From a virus, in the IMG/VR virus record IMGVR_UViG_3300042197_000820, positions 1 through 64,000 of that record: a stretch of DNA of 64,000 nt, one strand, 5' to 3'. Position 1 is the first letter of the stretch. Each line of letters opens with the position of its first letter. The notes below the pieces were generated by a model. That model saw only the letters and a program-made list of their open reading frames with translations. It searched no databases and was not told the origin of the DNA. The translations under genes and the position numbers were made by a program. Below are positions 28,192-38,235 of the stretch, in pieces.

Positions 28192-29100
28192 TTAGTTTCT
28201 GCCAGACAAAAACTGTGCTTCTTGAGCTTCTTGGTCTTTGTCTTTTCTAACTTCATCATCATAGAACTTTTCTCCTAGCTTAACCAAAAACTGCCCAAAG
28301 CCTGTAGATAAAAGACCATTATTGTTAGCACGATCTTCTTGTGGTTTAACTCCAGAAGATTGTGATTGACTAGGCTTTTTACTCTGATTACTATTTGGGT
28401 TCTTTGCTTTTTCAGAAGCCGTTTGACCAGACGCTGGTTCGATGACGGTATCAGCATCAGATTGCGGGTCTTGAACATTTTCTGTTGGAGGAGGAGGATC
28501 TTTTTCTACTGGAGGTTCTATCTCTTCTGGGAAAGCTGTTGGACTTTCTTCATGTACAACATCGAAAGAAATAGATATTTGTATTAGCTTAGGATATAGT
28601 TCGTCTTCTGGATCAAAATATCCACTCTCGACTCCGTGATTAACTTGTATTTGATTTATTTTCCCAAGTAATGCAGTACCGTCCCCGTCAGCACCCTTTC
28701 CTATCATATTAGAAAACTTTATTCTAATAAATGGAGACTTATCGATGATTCTAGCTTTAGAGTTCTTGTATAACTTATAAGTTGGATATAAAAACTTAGC
28801 TAGATTCCTGCTCCTAGCTAGATATACTTTAGCTTCTTCTAGAGAAGCACTTGGGATATCAAAAGCAAATGATATACTTCTTTTAGTTTGTCTAAATGTA
28901 TGAATCGGATCTGTCTTTCCAAAGATGGATTCCGTATTCCAATCCGAACTAAATGTATCACTAAATGATGTTATAAATGCAGGAAAGGCTGCGACCTTTC
29001 CAGTTGGAGTATGTGTGAACTCAATGGTATATTTTCTTTCACTGCTAGTATAACTAGCAATAATCGAATCATCATAACCATCTGGTAATATCGATGCCAT
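28192..29100 (-). CDS. tail tube initiator / baseplate tube-like protein, paralog 2
   Basis: FPAFITSFSDTFSSDW..ESIFGKTDPI.TF.QT.RSISF...FLYPTY; acidic/Pro-rich tail. Confidence 0.6.
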   Translation of the reverse strand: MASILPDGYDDSIIASYTSSERKYTIEFTHTPTGKVAAFPAFITSFSDTFSSDWNTESIFGKTDPIHTFRQTKRSISFAFDIPSASLEEAKVYLARSRNLAKFLYPTYKLYKNSKARIIDKSPFIRIKFSNMIGKGADGDGTALLGKINQIQVNHGVESGYFDPEDELYPKLIQISISFDVVHEESPTAFPEEIEPPVEKDPPPPTENVQDPQSDADTVIEPASGQTASEKAKNPNSNQSKKPSQSQSSGVKPQEDRANNNGLLSTGFGQFLVKLGEKFYDDEVRKDKDQEAQEAQFLSGRN

Positions 29101-29118
29101 TTATAAACTCCACTTACT

Positions 29119-29751
29119 TTATGAACCCGTTGTGGGATCGGTGGTCGTAACCTGACCTTGTATTTCTTCATCAGTTTGAACCAAAAGATCTTCATATTGA
29201 TCATCTTCAAAAGACGCTGGATCTGTTTCGTGCAAAACATCAAACTCTATATCTAGACTTAGTTCCTTTGGAAATAATCTCAATCCAAGATCAAAGAAAC
29301 CTACCTCTACGTTTGGATTAACTGCTACGCTCTGTATCTTTCCTAGTAAACCACCCCCGGTAGCATCCGATCCTTTGCCTATGAGATTTGAAAACTTTAC
29401 TCTTACTAATGGGGCTTTAGAAATGGTGGTAGCATTTTTATTGTTTTGGAATGTTGGATATAAATATTTTGTTAGCTCACGCACATTAGACAGGTTTGCC
29501 TCTGCTTCAACCTCGTCAGCACTAGGTATAGCTATGCTGAAAGATATATTTCTGGTGGTAATCTGATAAGTATAGATAGGATCCATCCTGCCGAATACAG
29601 ATTCCTCATTCCATGATGCGTTGTAGTTATCGCTAAACGATTTAAGGAATGCGGGAAACGAAGTTGATTTAGCAGTTGGTACATGTGTAAAACTAATGTA
29701 GTACTTCTTCTTTTTTACATATGCATCTATTATTGATTTATTATATGACAT
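29119..29751 (-). CDS. tail tube initiator / baseplate tube-like protein, paralog 1
   Basis: FPAFLKSFSDNYNASW.EESVFGRMDPI.TYQ.T.RNISF...YLYPTF. Confidence 0.6.
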   Translation of the reverse strand: MSYNKSIIDAYVKKKKYYISFTHVPTAKSTSFPAFLKSFSDNYNASWNEESVFGRMDPIYTYQITTRNISFSIAIPSADEVEAEANLSNVRELTKYLYPTFQNNKNATTISKAPLVRVKFSNLIGKGSDATGGGLLGKIQSVAVNPNVEVGFFDLGLRLFPKELSLDIEFDVLHETDPASFEDDQYEDLLVQTDEEIQGQVTTTDPTTGS

Positions 29752-29758
29752 TGCTTCA

Positions 29759-32245
29759 TCACTTGAATGGGTTTAATGTATCAGTTACGATATCTTTTAC
29801 ATAAGCTCTTAGCTCTCGACCCTCTAATACAACAGTCAGATTTATGTTTGGCTTTAGACCAGATGCGGCACCGGCCACAGCACGACCAGCACTGTCGGCT
29901 TTACCTTGTAAAAATCCAAGTGCTTCTTTGAGGGGTCCAACCATAAAATCGGCAGCTTTCTCAAGAGGCATGATTATTTCGCCTCCAGTGACATCACCAA
30001 CAACGGCTGGTGTTGCACCATCAACAAATCCACCTAAAGCAAAGCTTTGAGTATCTAGTTCTTCTGAAGCTCTCGGAGCCGTACCAGATTGCATACCTTG
30101 TAACTTTTCAGTCGCTCTTTGAATATTAGTAGTTAATCTGTCTACTTCTGCTTGATTGCCTTCTTCTTTAGCGGTAGCTAAGTGGTCATTCATTTCAGCA
30201 ATCTTGGCAACCAAAGCCTGTTGTTCGACTGAGCTTGCCTCGGTCATACCAAGTGCTGAACCTATAGCCATTACACCAGTTTTGGCCCTTTGCAACTCTG
30301 TAAAAAAAGAAGTACCTTTAACCAAAGCTAAACCTTCAAGCGCACCAGCAGCACCAACAACAGCACCAGCAGCAACTGCTGTAGCCGCTGCGGCAGTACC
30401 AACACTAGCAGCCGTGGTAGCGGTCGCTGCTGCACCCTCGGCGGCTACAGAACCCGCAACCGCTGTTTCAGCAACCGCTGCCCCGCCAACGCCAGCGGCA
30501 CCACCACCAGCAGCCGCTGCCCCACCAACACCAGCGGCACCACCACCAGCAGCAGCGGTTGCGGCACCACCTCTCATAAGATTGACTGCGGCACCTCCCA
30601 AATTCTTTGCTTGTGCGAAGGATTGTGCGGCCCCAAAAGCGGTTAATCCCGCCCCAACAACCATTAGAGCGGTAGTATTTTCGGCCAATCCATTAATCAT
30701 ATTAGTCATGCCCGTATTTAGAAGAGTAGCTTGTTCGGAATCTATAATAGCCATTTTTTGTTGAAGTGCCGCAGCAGCTTCTTCTTTAGTCATTGACCCT
30801 TTAACAGAATCAGCAATCATACCGGCAGATTGTGCTGTCTCATCAAGTTGTTGTCCGTAAGCATCAATAGAAGTAAAGACGCCCTGATCAATATCAGAGA
30901 ATATCTTTTTCATTTTTTCTATATCGCCATTAATACCGGGTATTTGTTTGGCGAACATTTGTAGTTCTCTTCTATTGGTCATATCCTTGATTGATACACC
31001 AGCAGCTTTGAACGCATCATTCATCTTCAAAATGATCTCAGATGGATCATCGGTATTCATCATATCAATAGTATTCAGGAAGGGACCACCTAAAATATTA
31101 TTAAGTTGTCCAACACTATTTGCAGCATCTTCAAAAGTATCGAAGCCTTGTGCGATTCCCTGCAAATCAGACAGTTCAGCACCAGTCTTAGCGGCTAGTA
31201 CCTCTAAACGACGGAAAACCTTTTCTGCATTGTTGCCGAACTGTGATAGATAAGGTGTCAAAGACTTGAAATCTGACACAATACTCTTGGCACTCTTACC
31301 AGTAATCTTAGATAACATCAATAACTCACGGCCATTCTCTCTAGCCTGTTCGCCAGTTTGCCTAAAACCTTTCGTTAAAGATTCCATTACCTCACTAAAA
31401 TCTTCCGTAGAGACACCAAACTTCTCCATTATTGCAGCATTTCTTCCGAATGCTTGTCGGGCATCGTCGGAAAGATCAATAAATCCGCCCATATTCTGCG
31501 ATAAAGAACTCATAGCTTCTGAGACGGCACCGTATTCTATCCCAAGTCCAAGCTCGTTTAACTTGTCATATACTTTTTGAGTTGAACTTATAAGTTCCTT
31601 TCCGTATGTAACACCAAAGGTCTTTTTAAGAGATGCATTAGCAGCATCTGTAGCTTTTATCAAGTTTAATGTAGCATCTTTGGCAGTTCCTAGAATGGAC
31701 GTTCCTACTCGCAGTGGGCTAAAACTTTCCTTAGCCGCTGCTCCAAAACCCTTAAGAGAAAACTTACCTTTAGCTGCACTCTTAACGAATGATTCCATTC
31801 CATTTTCTGTTATACCAATAGAACCAGCAAAGGAATCTGTTATCTTTTTGCTTTCCGCAAAAGACTCAGAGAAGTTCTTACTTTCCTCGGTTAAAGCTTT
31901 TAAATTTTCTCTTTGTTTTTCCAGTTGTGCGTTAAGTTCTGTAGCATCCTCACCACGTTGAACTGCTAGATCTCTTTCTGTCTTTAGTGCCTGAAGTACT
32001 AGTTTTTGATACTCTGCTTGGGCTTCAAGTCTCTCGGCTTCATTCTTGATAGTAGATTGCATCTCATCGTTATAATCAGATAAAGCTTCTTTTTGTTCCT
32101 GTAATTGTCTAGTTAGACTTTCTATGTCTTTCCCTTTTTTACTAGCTTGTTGAATGTCTGCCAACTTTCTAGCTATGACTTCACCCAAAGCATTGATGTC
32201 AATACTATTAGCTGCTCCAGATGTACCAGTAGTTCTTTTAGCCAT
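29759..32245 (-). CDS. tape measure protein
   Basis: Long helical Ala/Gly-rich protein downstream of tail chaperones; FALGGFV..A.PAVVG...GGEIIMPL C-terminal motif. Confidence 0.75.
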   Translation of the reverse strand: MAKRTTGTSGAANSIDINALGEVIARKLADIQQASKKGKDIESLTRQLQEQKEALSDYNDEMQSTIKNEAERLEAQAEYQKLVLQALKTERDLAVQRGEDATELNAQLEKQRENLKALTEESKNFSESFAESKKITDSFAGSIGITENGMESFVKSAAKGKFSLKGFGAAAKESFSPLRVGTSILGTAKDATLNLIKATDAANASLKKTFGVTYGKELISSTQKVYDKLNELGLGIEYGAVSEAMSSLSQNMGGFIDLSDDARQAFGRNAAIMEKFGVSTEDFSEVMESLTKGFRQTGEQARENGRELLMLSKITGKSAKSIVSDFKSLTPYLSQFGNNAEKVFRRLEVLAAKTGAELSDLQGIAQGFDTFEDAANSVGQLNNILGGPFLNTIDMMNTDDPSEIILKMNDAFKAAGVSIKDMTNRRELQMFAKQIPGINGDIEKMKKIFSDIDQGVFTSIDAYGQQLDETAQSAGMIADSVKGSMTKEEAAAALQQKMAIIDSEQATLLNTGMTNMINGLAENTTALMVVGAGLTAFGAAQSFAQAKNLGGAAVNLMRGGAATAAAGGGAAGVGGAAAAGGGAAGVGGAAVAETAVAGSVAAEGAAATATTAASVGTAAAATAVAAGAVVGAAGALEGLALVKGTSFFTELQRAKTGVMAIGSALGMTEASSVEQQALVAKIAEMNDHLATAKEEGNQAEVDRLTTNIQRATEKLQGMQSGTAPRASEELDTQSFALGGFVDGATPAVVGDVTGGEIIMPLEKAADFMVGPLKEALGFLQGKADSAGRAVAGAASGLKPNINLTVVLEGRELRAYVKDIVTDTLNPFK
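30475..30552. repeat. 39-bp tandem duplication in tape measure gene (AAGGGAAGVGGAA x2)
   Basis: ccgctgccccgccaacgccagcggcaccaccaccagcag repeated with 2 mismatches. Confidence 0.85.
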
Positions 32246-32262
32246 TTATTAAGATTCCTATA

Positions 32263-32598
32263 TTAGTTTTTGAATGGCCAAGGTAGACCAGTACGCGCTT
32301 CGAAGCGATCAATAGCAGATTGCAAAATAGATCTAGTTTTATAGGTTGTTGGGTTGTCTAATCCATACCTGTGAACATCTGCCATATAACGACGTTCCAT
32401 ACCCATAGCTGCAATCAAAGTAGAAAGTTCTTCACGGGATCCAGCAAGTCTAAAAGGAAGCTCAAGACCCTTGGATCCAAAAGTAGCTTTCATCAAAGTG
32501 CTTGTCCACCAACTCATAGCATCAGCAAGAGTTTCGTTCAACTTACCTTCTTTTAATTTTCTTTTTACTTCTTCAAGATCGAGCATGTTAGTTTCCAT
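32263..32598 (-). CDS. hypothetical protein
   Basis: Likely start METNM after GAGGTG; ends TGLPWPFK; ACTATTTA upstream at 32615-32622. Confidence 0.7.
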   Translation of the reverse strand: METNMLDLEEVKRKLKEGKLNETLADAMSWWTSTLMKATFGSKGLELPFRLAGSREELSTLIAAMGMERRYMADVHRYGLDNPTTYKTRSILQSAIDRFEARTGLPWPFKN

Positions 32599-32626
32599 AT
32601 CACCCACCTCTTCATAAATAGTTGCC

Positions 32627-32656
32627 AAAAGAAAAGACCACCAAGCGGTGGTCTTT
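32627..32656 (-). terminator. intrinsic terminator
   Basis: AAAGACCACC-GCTT-GGTGGTCTTT followed by TCTTTT. Confidence 0.8.
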
Positions 32657-32856
32657 AGCGTTTACGGGATTTGTTTTTTGCCTTTTCGTATTTTTCGTTT
32701 TCTAGCTGAAACTGTTTAGCTACTCTTTTCAAGAACCAGCGTCGGATACCGATAGGAATATTGTAGCTTTCAAAAATAGAAAATCCAGAATAATATTTCA
32801 GTTGGAACATTTCTTCATAGACACCCTCAATATACTTAGGAGTCAGGCCAAAAAAA
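32655..32856 (-). CDS. tail assembly chaperone C-terminal extension (T4 gp51-like), probably via frameshift
   Basis: FGLTPKYIEGVYEEMFQLKYYSGFSIFESYNIPIGIRRWFL; frame entered at a T7 run at the end of the upstream gene. Confidence 0.6.
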
Positions 32857-33672
32857 CTTTGTTCCAATCGGTACCTCCACGACCGACTTAGTATCACATG
32901 TATCACAGTTAAGATCAAACTTGAGATCTGTCTTGGGGGTAATCTTTCTGATAGCGTTACGGAGGAAACGGGAGTCAAACGCTGGCATGTTAACAGCAAA
33001 AGCATTTAATCTAGCCAAATCACTGTCTCCGTCTACTGACACTAAAACGGACTTTAGTTGATCAGTTATAGCAGAAGTCACAAGGGAGTTTTTGTTCTTA
33101 TCCCCAGCAAGAAGATTTTCGTCATAACCCATCAAGAGCCTGAACTCTATTACTTTACCACTCTTTGGTAACGTAACAATACAGGTTCCTCTTTCGCTGA
33201 TCTGTAGTCCTTCGACACTTTCACCAGCGTCATATTCAAACGTACTAAGATCATGTACAATCTTATGGCGTTGTCCACATGTTGGACACACTACGTTTGC
33301 TTCGTAGTCGGAACCATATGCTGTGTTTCTAGCTGAGATAAGAATGGCGTTCCTATCGCAGATAAGAAGTGAGGAAGGATCGATTTGTTTATCCATTATT
33401 AAACTTTGAATCAATCTATCTAAAACAATACCTTTCTTAATCAACTGTTCTGACGTAAGGATATCTTCTTCCTTCGCTGTCATGAACTTGATCTCGATTG
33501 TTTCTTTTCTGTATAATGGGTGATTCGGGGGATAAAACAAGCCACCCGAAGGTAAATCCACAAACTCTGTTGGAATGGAAATAGTAATATGAGTTTGAGG
33601 CATAGCCGCAACCGGCTCGACACTAAAAGCAGGCTGCTGTGGAGCGAGCCTGCTTTGATTATTTCTAGACAC
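32836..33672 (-). CDS. baseplate hub / tail assembly chaperone (T4 gp26-like)
   Basis: VDLPSGG.FY, MTAKEEDIL, DRNAILI.AR..AYG..Y, CPTC, CDTC, ending FFWP. Confidence 0.8.
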   Translation of the reverse strand: MSRNNQSRLAPQQPAFSVEPVAAMPQTHITISIPTEFVDLPSGGLFYPPNHPLYRKETIEIKFMTAKEEDILTSEQLIKKGIVLDRLIQSLIMDKQIDPSSLLICDRNAILISARNTAYGSDYEANVVCPTCGQRHKIVHDLSTFEYDAGESVEGLQISERGTCIVTLPKSGKVIEFRLLMGYDENLLAGDKNKNSLVTSAITDQLKSVLVSVDGDSDLARLNAFAVNMPAFDSRFLRNAIRKITPKTDLKFDLNCDTCDTKSVVEVPIGTKFFWPDS

Positions 33673-33694
33673 TTTAACCTCTCAAAAAAATAGT

Positions 33695-34285
33695 TTAGCC
33701 TTGTGTATCGAAGAATCTTTGTTGTGAAGCAACTCCACCGGGGACGCTGCTTACATCTACTTGAGAACCTAGTGGGACATAACATGTAGCCCAATCATAT
33801 CTAAAGGTGAGACTGATGGTTGATAGATCTTCATTGTCGTAAGATAGTTCTCCGAGATCAACATTTGTAATAAATGCATTTCTCAAAGTCCATTCTTCCA
33901 AAACGTCTTGATCACCTTCAGATCCGATTTGTTTAATGACAACACCTTTCAGAGAACCAACTGCTCTTGACTTAGACATTGTGGAGAGATCGGTTACATC
34001 TTTTGGTGGATGATAACCGGCATTTTGGATAATGGCCATTGTATTAGCAACTGCATCTGGTTCAACTGGATCTACCAAAGTAACATCAACGGTTTGCCAT
34101 TCAACCTTACCGGGGTAGTAGAAAGTATGGTTTAAAAACATATGCGAAGTTTCAGCGATACTAAACTTTGGTTTAGTTACTGTCTTTGCATACCAAGTAG
34201 CAGCGGCTGGATAAGCCAGCAACTGTACAGTAAACCTATAGTTTCTTTTCGGATCTCTAAGCGTAGCGTCTGTCCAAAATGCCAT
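33695..34285 (-). CDS. tail tube protein (gp19-like)
   Basis: PKRNYRF, PGKVEW, TLVDP, EEWTL.NAF, GELSY, LTFRYDWA; follows the sheath gene. Confidence 0.85.
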   Translation of the reverse strand: MAFWTDATLRDPKRNYRFTVQLLAYPAAATWYAKTVTKPKFSIAETSHMFLNHTFYYPGKVEWQTVDVTLVDPVEPDAVANTMAIIQNAGYHPPKDVTDLSTMSKSRAVGSLKGVVIKQIGSEGDQDVLEEWTLRNAFITNVDLGELSYDNEDLSTISLTFRYDWATCYVPLGSQVDVSSVPGGVASQQRFFDTQG

Positions 34286-34329
34286 TGTTGTTTTCTCCTG
34301 TTATATAGTAAATAGTATTACTTTATTTT

Positions 34330-37248
34330 TTAGTCTTCGAAAGAAGCACCGGTTCTGGAGATAACGAAGTCAACTGCGATGAACTCGATAGCTCTTGCTG
34401 GCTTTAGAAGAATCTTGGCGTATAGTACGTTGCGATCTACTAGATCTGGAGTAGTGGTAGTCTCGTCTAGAATCAACCTGTACTCTGTCAAACCTAGTCT
34501 TGCTTGTACTGAAGCCAAGAATGGCTCTACTGAAGCTTTGAAACGGTTCCAAGTAACTGTCACGTTTTGATCGAATAGAACGCTAGTAGCGAATCTTGAG
34601 ACTTGCTTCTTAATGTAGATCATCAATCTACGAACGTTAATACGATCAAGGGCTGAAGGTGTAACTTGTAGGGTTTTCTGACCGAATACAACGATACCCT
34701 CTGATGGGAATGAAGCAATCGGGTTAATATTAGCTTGGTATAAATCATCACGTTGCTTGGAGGTCAATTTTTCAGCGACGTTGACGACAGGCAAACCACC
34801 AGCACCAGCAGTTAAACCTCCGCGATTGAAGCCTGCTGGGGCAAACCAGACTTCGCTAGCCCTTTCAGAAGAAGCCATTGTGCCAAGTGTTATAACGGAT
34901 GGTGGTACCCAAACCAAGGCACCGTTAATGCTATCGCGGATTTGAACCCAAGGATAGTAAGTACATGCGTAAGAACTATTGATCTTGCGATTGTTCAATC
35001 TTGTAATGGCTGTAGTGGTGCTTCCTAGACGATCTTTGTAGGATTGAGTAGATTCTGTACTTGCTAGGTAACCATCGCGTATATCGATGATTGCCATTGC
35101 ATCGCCCCTTGCCTCACAAGTGTCGATAATCTTTCTTGTTAGGTTCTCGTCACGAACACCGGGAGCTACAATCATATTTGTCTCTAGCAACTCTGGATTA
35201 CCAGCCATGTTGATTGCAACTTCTAGAGTATTAACTTCGTAACTATTGAGCTTAGTATTACCATCCAAACGATTGAACTGGAATGGTTCGGCTTCTTGGA
35301 TATTTAGACCATCAAATCCGCCTTGGAAAACAGTAGTGAACTTGTTAAACCCAACGGCAAGAATCGATTGAGATCCACCATAGCCACCGCTTGTAGCTGT
35401 TCTAGAAGTTCCGGTTTTACGAGAACCGGAAGCATAGAAAGCAGCAGTACTGTTGCTTGGTAGGATTACGTCATCGAGACTGAATACCCATTGGTAAGTA
35501 AATGGACCAGCAGTGTCTAGCCCCTCAAGACCAACGTTTTGTGCGCTATCAGTACTGTACAGTCTTAGAGTATCTGGGATACTTTGATCAAATCTATTTG
35601 ATGTGGTATCCACTGCGGTACGAACACCAAAGTAAGCCCTAGTGGTATCCACTATATTACCCTCAGATGCGCTAATCTTCTGGGTAGTGCTTGGGAAGGC
35701 TATTGAACATGTGAAGTTAGTATTTGTACTTACATCCACTATTGCATCGGACTTATCAACCTTTGCATATGAACCAAAACCAATGTAGGTATTGAAAGAT
35801 GTAGAACCGCTGCTAATGTTGGTAGCATCTTTTGGTTTGATTGGGCCAAATACACCGAACGGAACAGAAGCTGGATTTACCAAGCCAGCCTCGACTGATG
35901 GATTAACCTCAACCCTTATGTAACGTGATACGTTGTTATACTGTCCGTATTCTTTGATTGAGTTTTGGGCATAATCAAACTTTCTTGTCTTATCTCCGAT
36001 TCTAACTCCAATATAATCAGGAGAGTTTGGATTAAGATTTAGATTATCAAACCTTTCTAGAACTACTGGAGAACTGTCGTTATCATTGATAGATCTTACT
36101 ACAACACTGAACTTGGCGTATGGTTCGGCATCTTGATTTGAACTTACAACAATATTGTCAATAGAAATCTTGATATTCTTCTGTGTCCACTCGCCAGCAT
36201 CTAGACCGTGGAAACGGAATAGCTTTGGCATATTGTTATATGAGAAGGAAGCTGTATCGTTGCTGAAATCTTGCGAGAAGAACCAGCCAGTTCTACCATC
36301 AATAACATTAGAGTTTGAGTATAGGTTATTATTCTCAGTAAACTTCATATATCCGTAGTTTATATTATTACTCAAAGTACCGCTAGCAACTGGTGCCAAC
36401 CAAGCTACGACAGAAGTAAAAGATCCTGTTAGTCTGTTAGCGACTTCTGTTTCGTATGATTCACCAAGCCAGTAAACATTTTCATTCTTTGTTAATGAGT
36501 TAGAGGCTACAACGCCATCGTTTGTTAGAACGGGGTTTGTGTTTAAAACATTACGAATAAACTGTGAAGAATCACGATTGAAGTTAAACTTTAGTTTCTT
36601 TTCGTTTGTTGGGGCTGATTTGGTACCACCGAATACAGAAACAACAAACTCTGTTGAAGAATCGGTACCTGCAAACTGTAGGACTCGATTAGTACCAGAA
36701 TCGGTTGTAGTAGGTGCAACGCTTACAGTCCCGCTTAGTGCGACCGCGCCAGCAACGAGATACAACACAGCGGCTAGAGTACCAGTTAAGTGATTTCCGC
36801 TTGATTGAGAAGCAGCGATAAACAAGCCATAAGCACCACCATTGGTAGCATATGCTTGTGCCGTTGGATCGCCACTTGAGTATTGGTTAGTAGTCCAGCC
36901 TGCTAAACCGGTTGAAGTTGCTTCAGGATGTGGAACACCCAATAGACGGATATAGTTAACTGGACCTACACCAGCATTTAGGTATGCTTGTGCAGCGTAT
37001 GAACCATAGGTAGGGCCAGCATAATCGGAAGATCTATACTCAGAGTTAGAACCTCCCGGTTTTGGACTACCGAAAAGATCAACGAAATCAGAAAAAGATT
37101 GTACATTGATAGGAGATAAGGCACGACCCTTAGCAGAACGACCGATAATAGTTGGGCCGATTGCTCCCGGTGGTTGTGGAATCTGCGAGTTATCGATTTC
37201 ATTTAGAAAGATACCCGGCGAAATAAACTTAAAACTACTAGCTGGCAT
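34330..37248 (-). CDS. contractile tail sheath protein (gp18-like)
   Basis: SPGIFLNEID, YYPWV, WFAPAGFNRG, INPI, FGQKTL, LDRINVRRL, KPARAIEFI. Confidence 0.95.
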   Translation of the reverse strand: MPASSFKFISPGIFLNEIDNSQIPQPPGAIGPTIIGRSAKGRALSPINVQSFSDFVDLFGSPKPGGSNSEYRSSDYAGPTYGSYAAQAYLNAGVGPVNYIRLLGVPHPEATSTGLAGWTTNQYSSGDPTAQAYATNGGAYGLFIAASQSSGNHLTGTLAAVLYLVAGAVALSGTVSVAPTTTDSGTNRVLQFAGTDSSTEFVVSVFGGTKSAPTNEKKLKFNFNRDSSQFIRNVLNTNPVLTNDGVVASNSLTKNENVYWLGESYETEVANRLTGSFTSVVAWLAPVASGTLSNNINYGYMKFTENNNLYSNSNVIDGRTGWFFSQDFSNDTASFSYNNMPKLFRFHGLDAGEWTQKNIKISIDNIVVSSNQDAEPYAKFSVVVRSINDNDSSPVVLERFDNLNLNPNSPDYIGVRIGDKTRKFDYAQNSIKEYGQYNNVSRYIRVEVNPSVEAGLVNPASVPFGVFGPIKPKDATNISSGSTSFNTYIGFGSYAKVDKSDAIVDVSTNTNFTCSIAFPSTTQKISASEGNIVDTTRAYFGVRTAVDTTSNRFDQSIPDTLRLYSTDSAQNVGLEGLDTAGPFTYQWVFSLDDVILPSNSTAAFYASGSRKTGTSRTATSGGYGGSQSILAVGFNKFTTVFQGGFDGLNIQEAEPFQFNRLDGNTKLNSYEVNTLEVAINMAGNPELLETNMIVAPGVRDENLTRKIIDTCEARGDAMAIIDIRDGYLASTESTQSYKDRLGSTTTAITRLNNRKINSSYACTYYPWVQIRDSINGALVWVPPSVITLGTMASSERASEVWFAPAGFNRGGLTAGAGGLPVVNVAEKLTSKQRDDLYQANINPIASFPSEGIVVFGQKTLQVTPSALDRINVRRLMIYIKKQVSRFATSVLFDQNVTVTWNRFKASVEPFLASVQARLGLTEYRLILDETTTTPDLVDRNVLYAKILLKPARAIEFIAVDFVISRTGASFED

Positions 37249-37276
37249 AGATTTCTCCTCTATAAGACTTCATAAA

Positions 37277-37284
37277 TAAATAGT
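37277..37284 (-). promoter_or_regulatory. putative late promoter element ACTATTTA (sheath gene); representative of ~18 copies
   Basis: Same motif at 109, 150, 4312, 13635, 19904, 32615, 34309, 40074, 40581, 43628, 44328, 47091, 47680, 49439, 50182, 54422, 55697, 59467, 61457. Confidence 0.75.
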
Positions 37285-37302
37285 TAGTTTCTACCTCAAA
37301 CG

Positions 37303-38235
37303 TCAGCGACGGTAGAAAGAAGTTGACCTGTAGTTTGGTCTCTCGTCTAGAACTACTTGCTCTTTACCAAACTTGAACTCTACTGCGTTCTCTCTGACTG
37401 CTATCTTTGGTCGATTAGCATTTGTTGATTCACCCAATAAATATCCCAATACTTTAATATCTATTGATGTTTTATAAATACGTTCCTCATCCTGAAACGA
37501 AGCAACGTTGAAGTCCTGCGAAAAGTCACCCTGTATAAAGCACTCAAACTTGTGGCCTTCATGTTTTATGAAGAAAGAGTTTATTTGTCCCGTTCTTACA
37601 AAGAATGGTGTTACAAGCTCATTGATCTGTTGTTGATATTCGGTTCTTATTGTAATCTTGTACATTGCTTCTACATAAGTTGGTATCGGCATTGAAAGTG
37701 TTTCATAAACTACCTTATTACTAACTCCCGGATACGTTTCTTGACCGGGACCAATACCAGAAGTTAATGTAGCTTGAGTTCTACGTTTATCTGCATTTGT
37801 AAAGTTGCCTGTTTTTACTTGATTAATGCGGCGAGCTACCGGAATAGCTCCTCCCTTTTCATCGTTTATATTTGGTATATGTGCCCAAGCGACTCCCTTA
37901 AAAGATGAATCTTTTCTCATTGAAGAACGCTCTAGTGTCATCATAGGAAATATTAGGACATCATTACCATCTCTAAGATTTCTATTGTTTTTTATTTGGA
38001 ATGCTCTCTCACTAGCTACCCAAATAATAGGAACTTTTGTGAAACCTTTATTGGTATTTGCGTGGAGGTTTAAAGTTTCATCTAAATACCTATATATTGC
38101 TGTGTCAATAGTTTCAATAGTAGACGGCATTAAAGTTACTTCTCTAAGAATCTTATCAGCATTCTCTATGCCAGTAAAGTCGTATTTGTCTGTTGATAGA
38201 GGCTCAGGCGGGGATTGTGATTTTTTAGGTGGCAT
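37303..38235 (-). CDS. tail completion / sheath stabiliser (gp15-like)
   Basis: ID.AI, VPIIW...ER, P.Y....Y.I.I.TEY.QQINEL; position between neck and sheath genes. Confidence 0.6.
   Translation of the reverse strand: MPPKKSQSPPEPLSTDKYDFTGIENADKILREVTLMPSTIETIDTAIYRYLDETLNLHANTNKGFTKVPIIWVASERAFQIKNNRNLRDGNDVLIFPMMTLERSSMRKDSSFKGVAWAHIPNINDEKGGAIPVARRINQVKTGNFTNADKRRTQATLTSGIGPGQETYPGVSNKVVYETLSMPIPTYVEAMYKITIRTEYQQQINELVTPFFVRTGQINSFFIKHEGHKFECFIQGDFSQDFNVASFQDEERIYKTSIDIKVLGYLLGESTNANRPKIAVRENAVEFKFGKEQVVLDERPNYRSTSFYRR

Noticed and set aside
30156-30764. 202-aa Ala/Pro-rich plus-strand ORF
   Set aside because: Mirror of the Ala/Gly tract of the tape measure gene.
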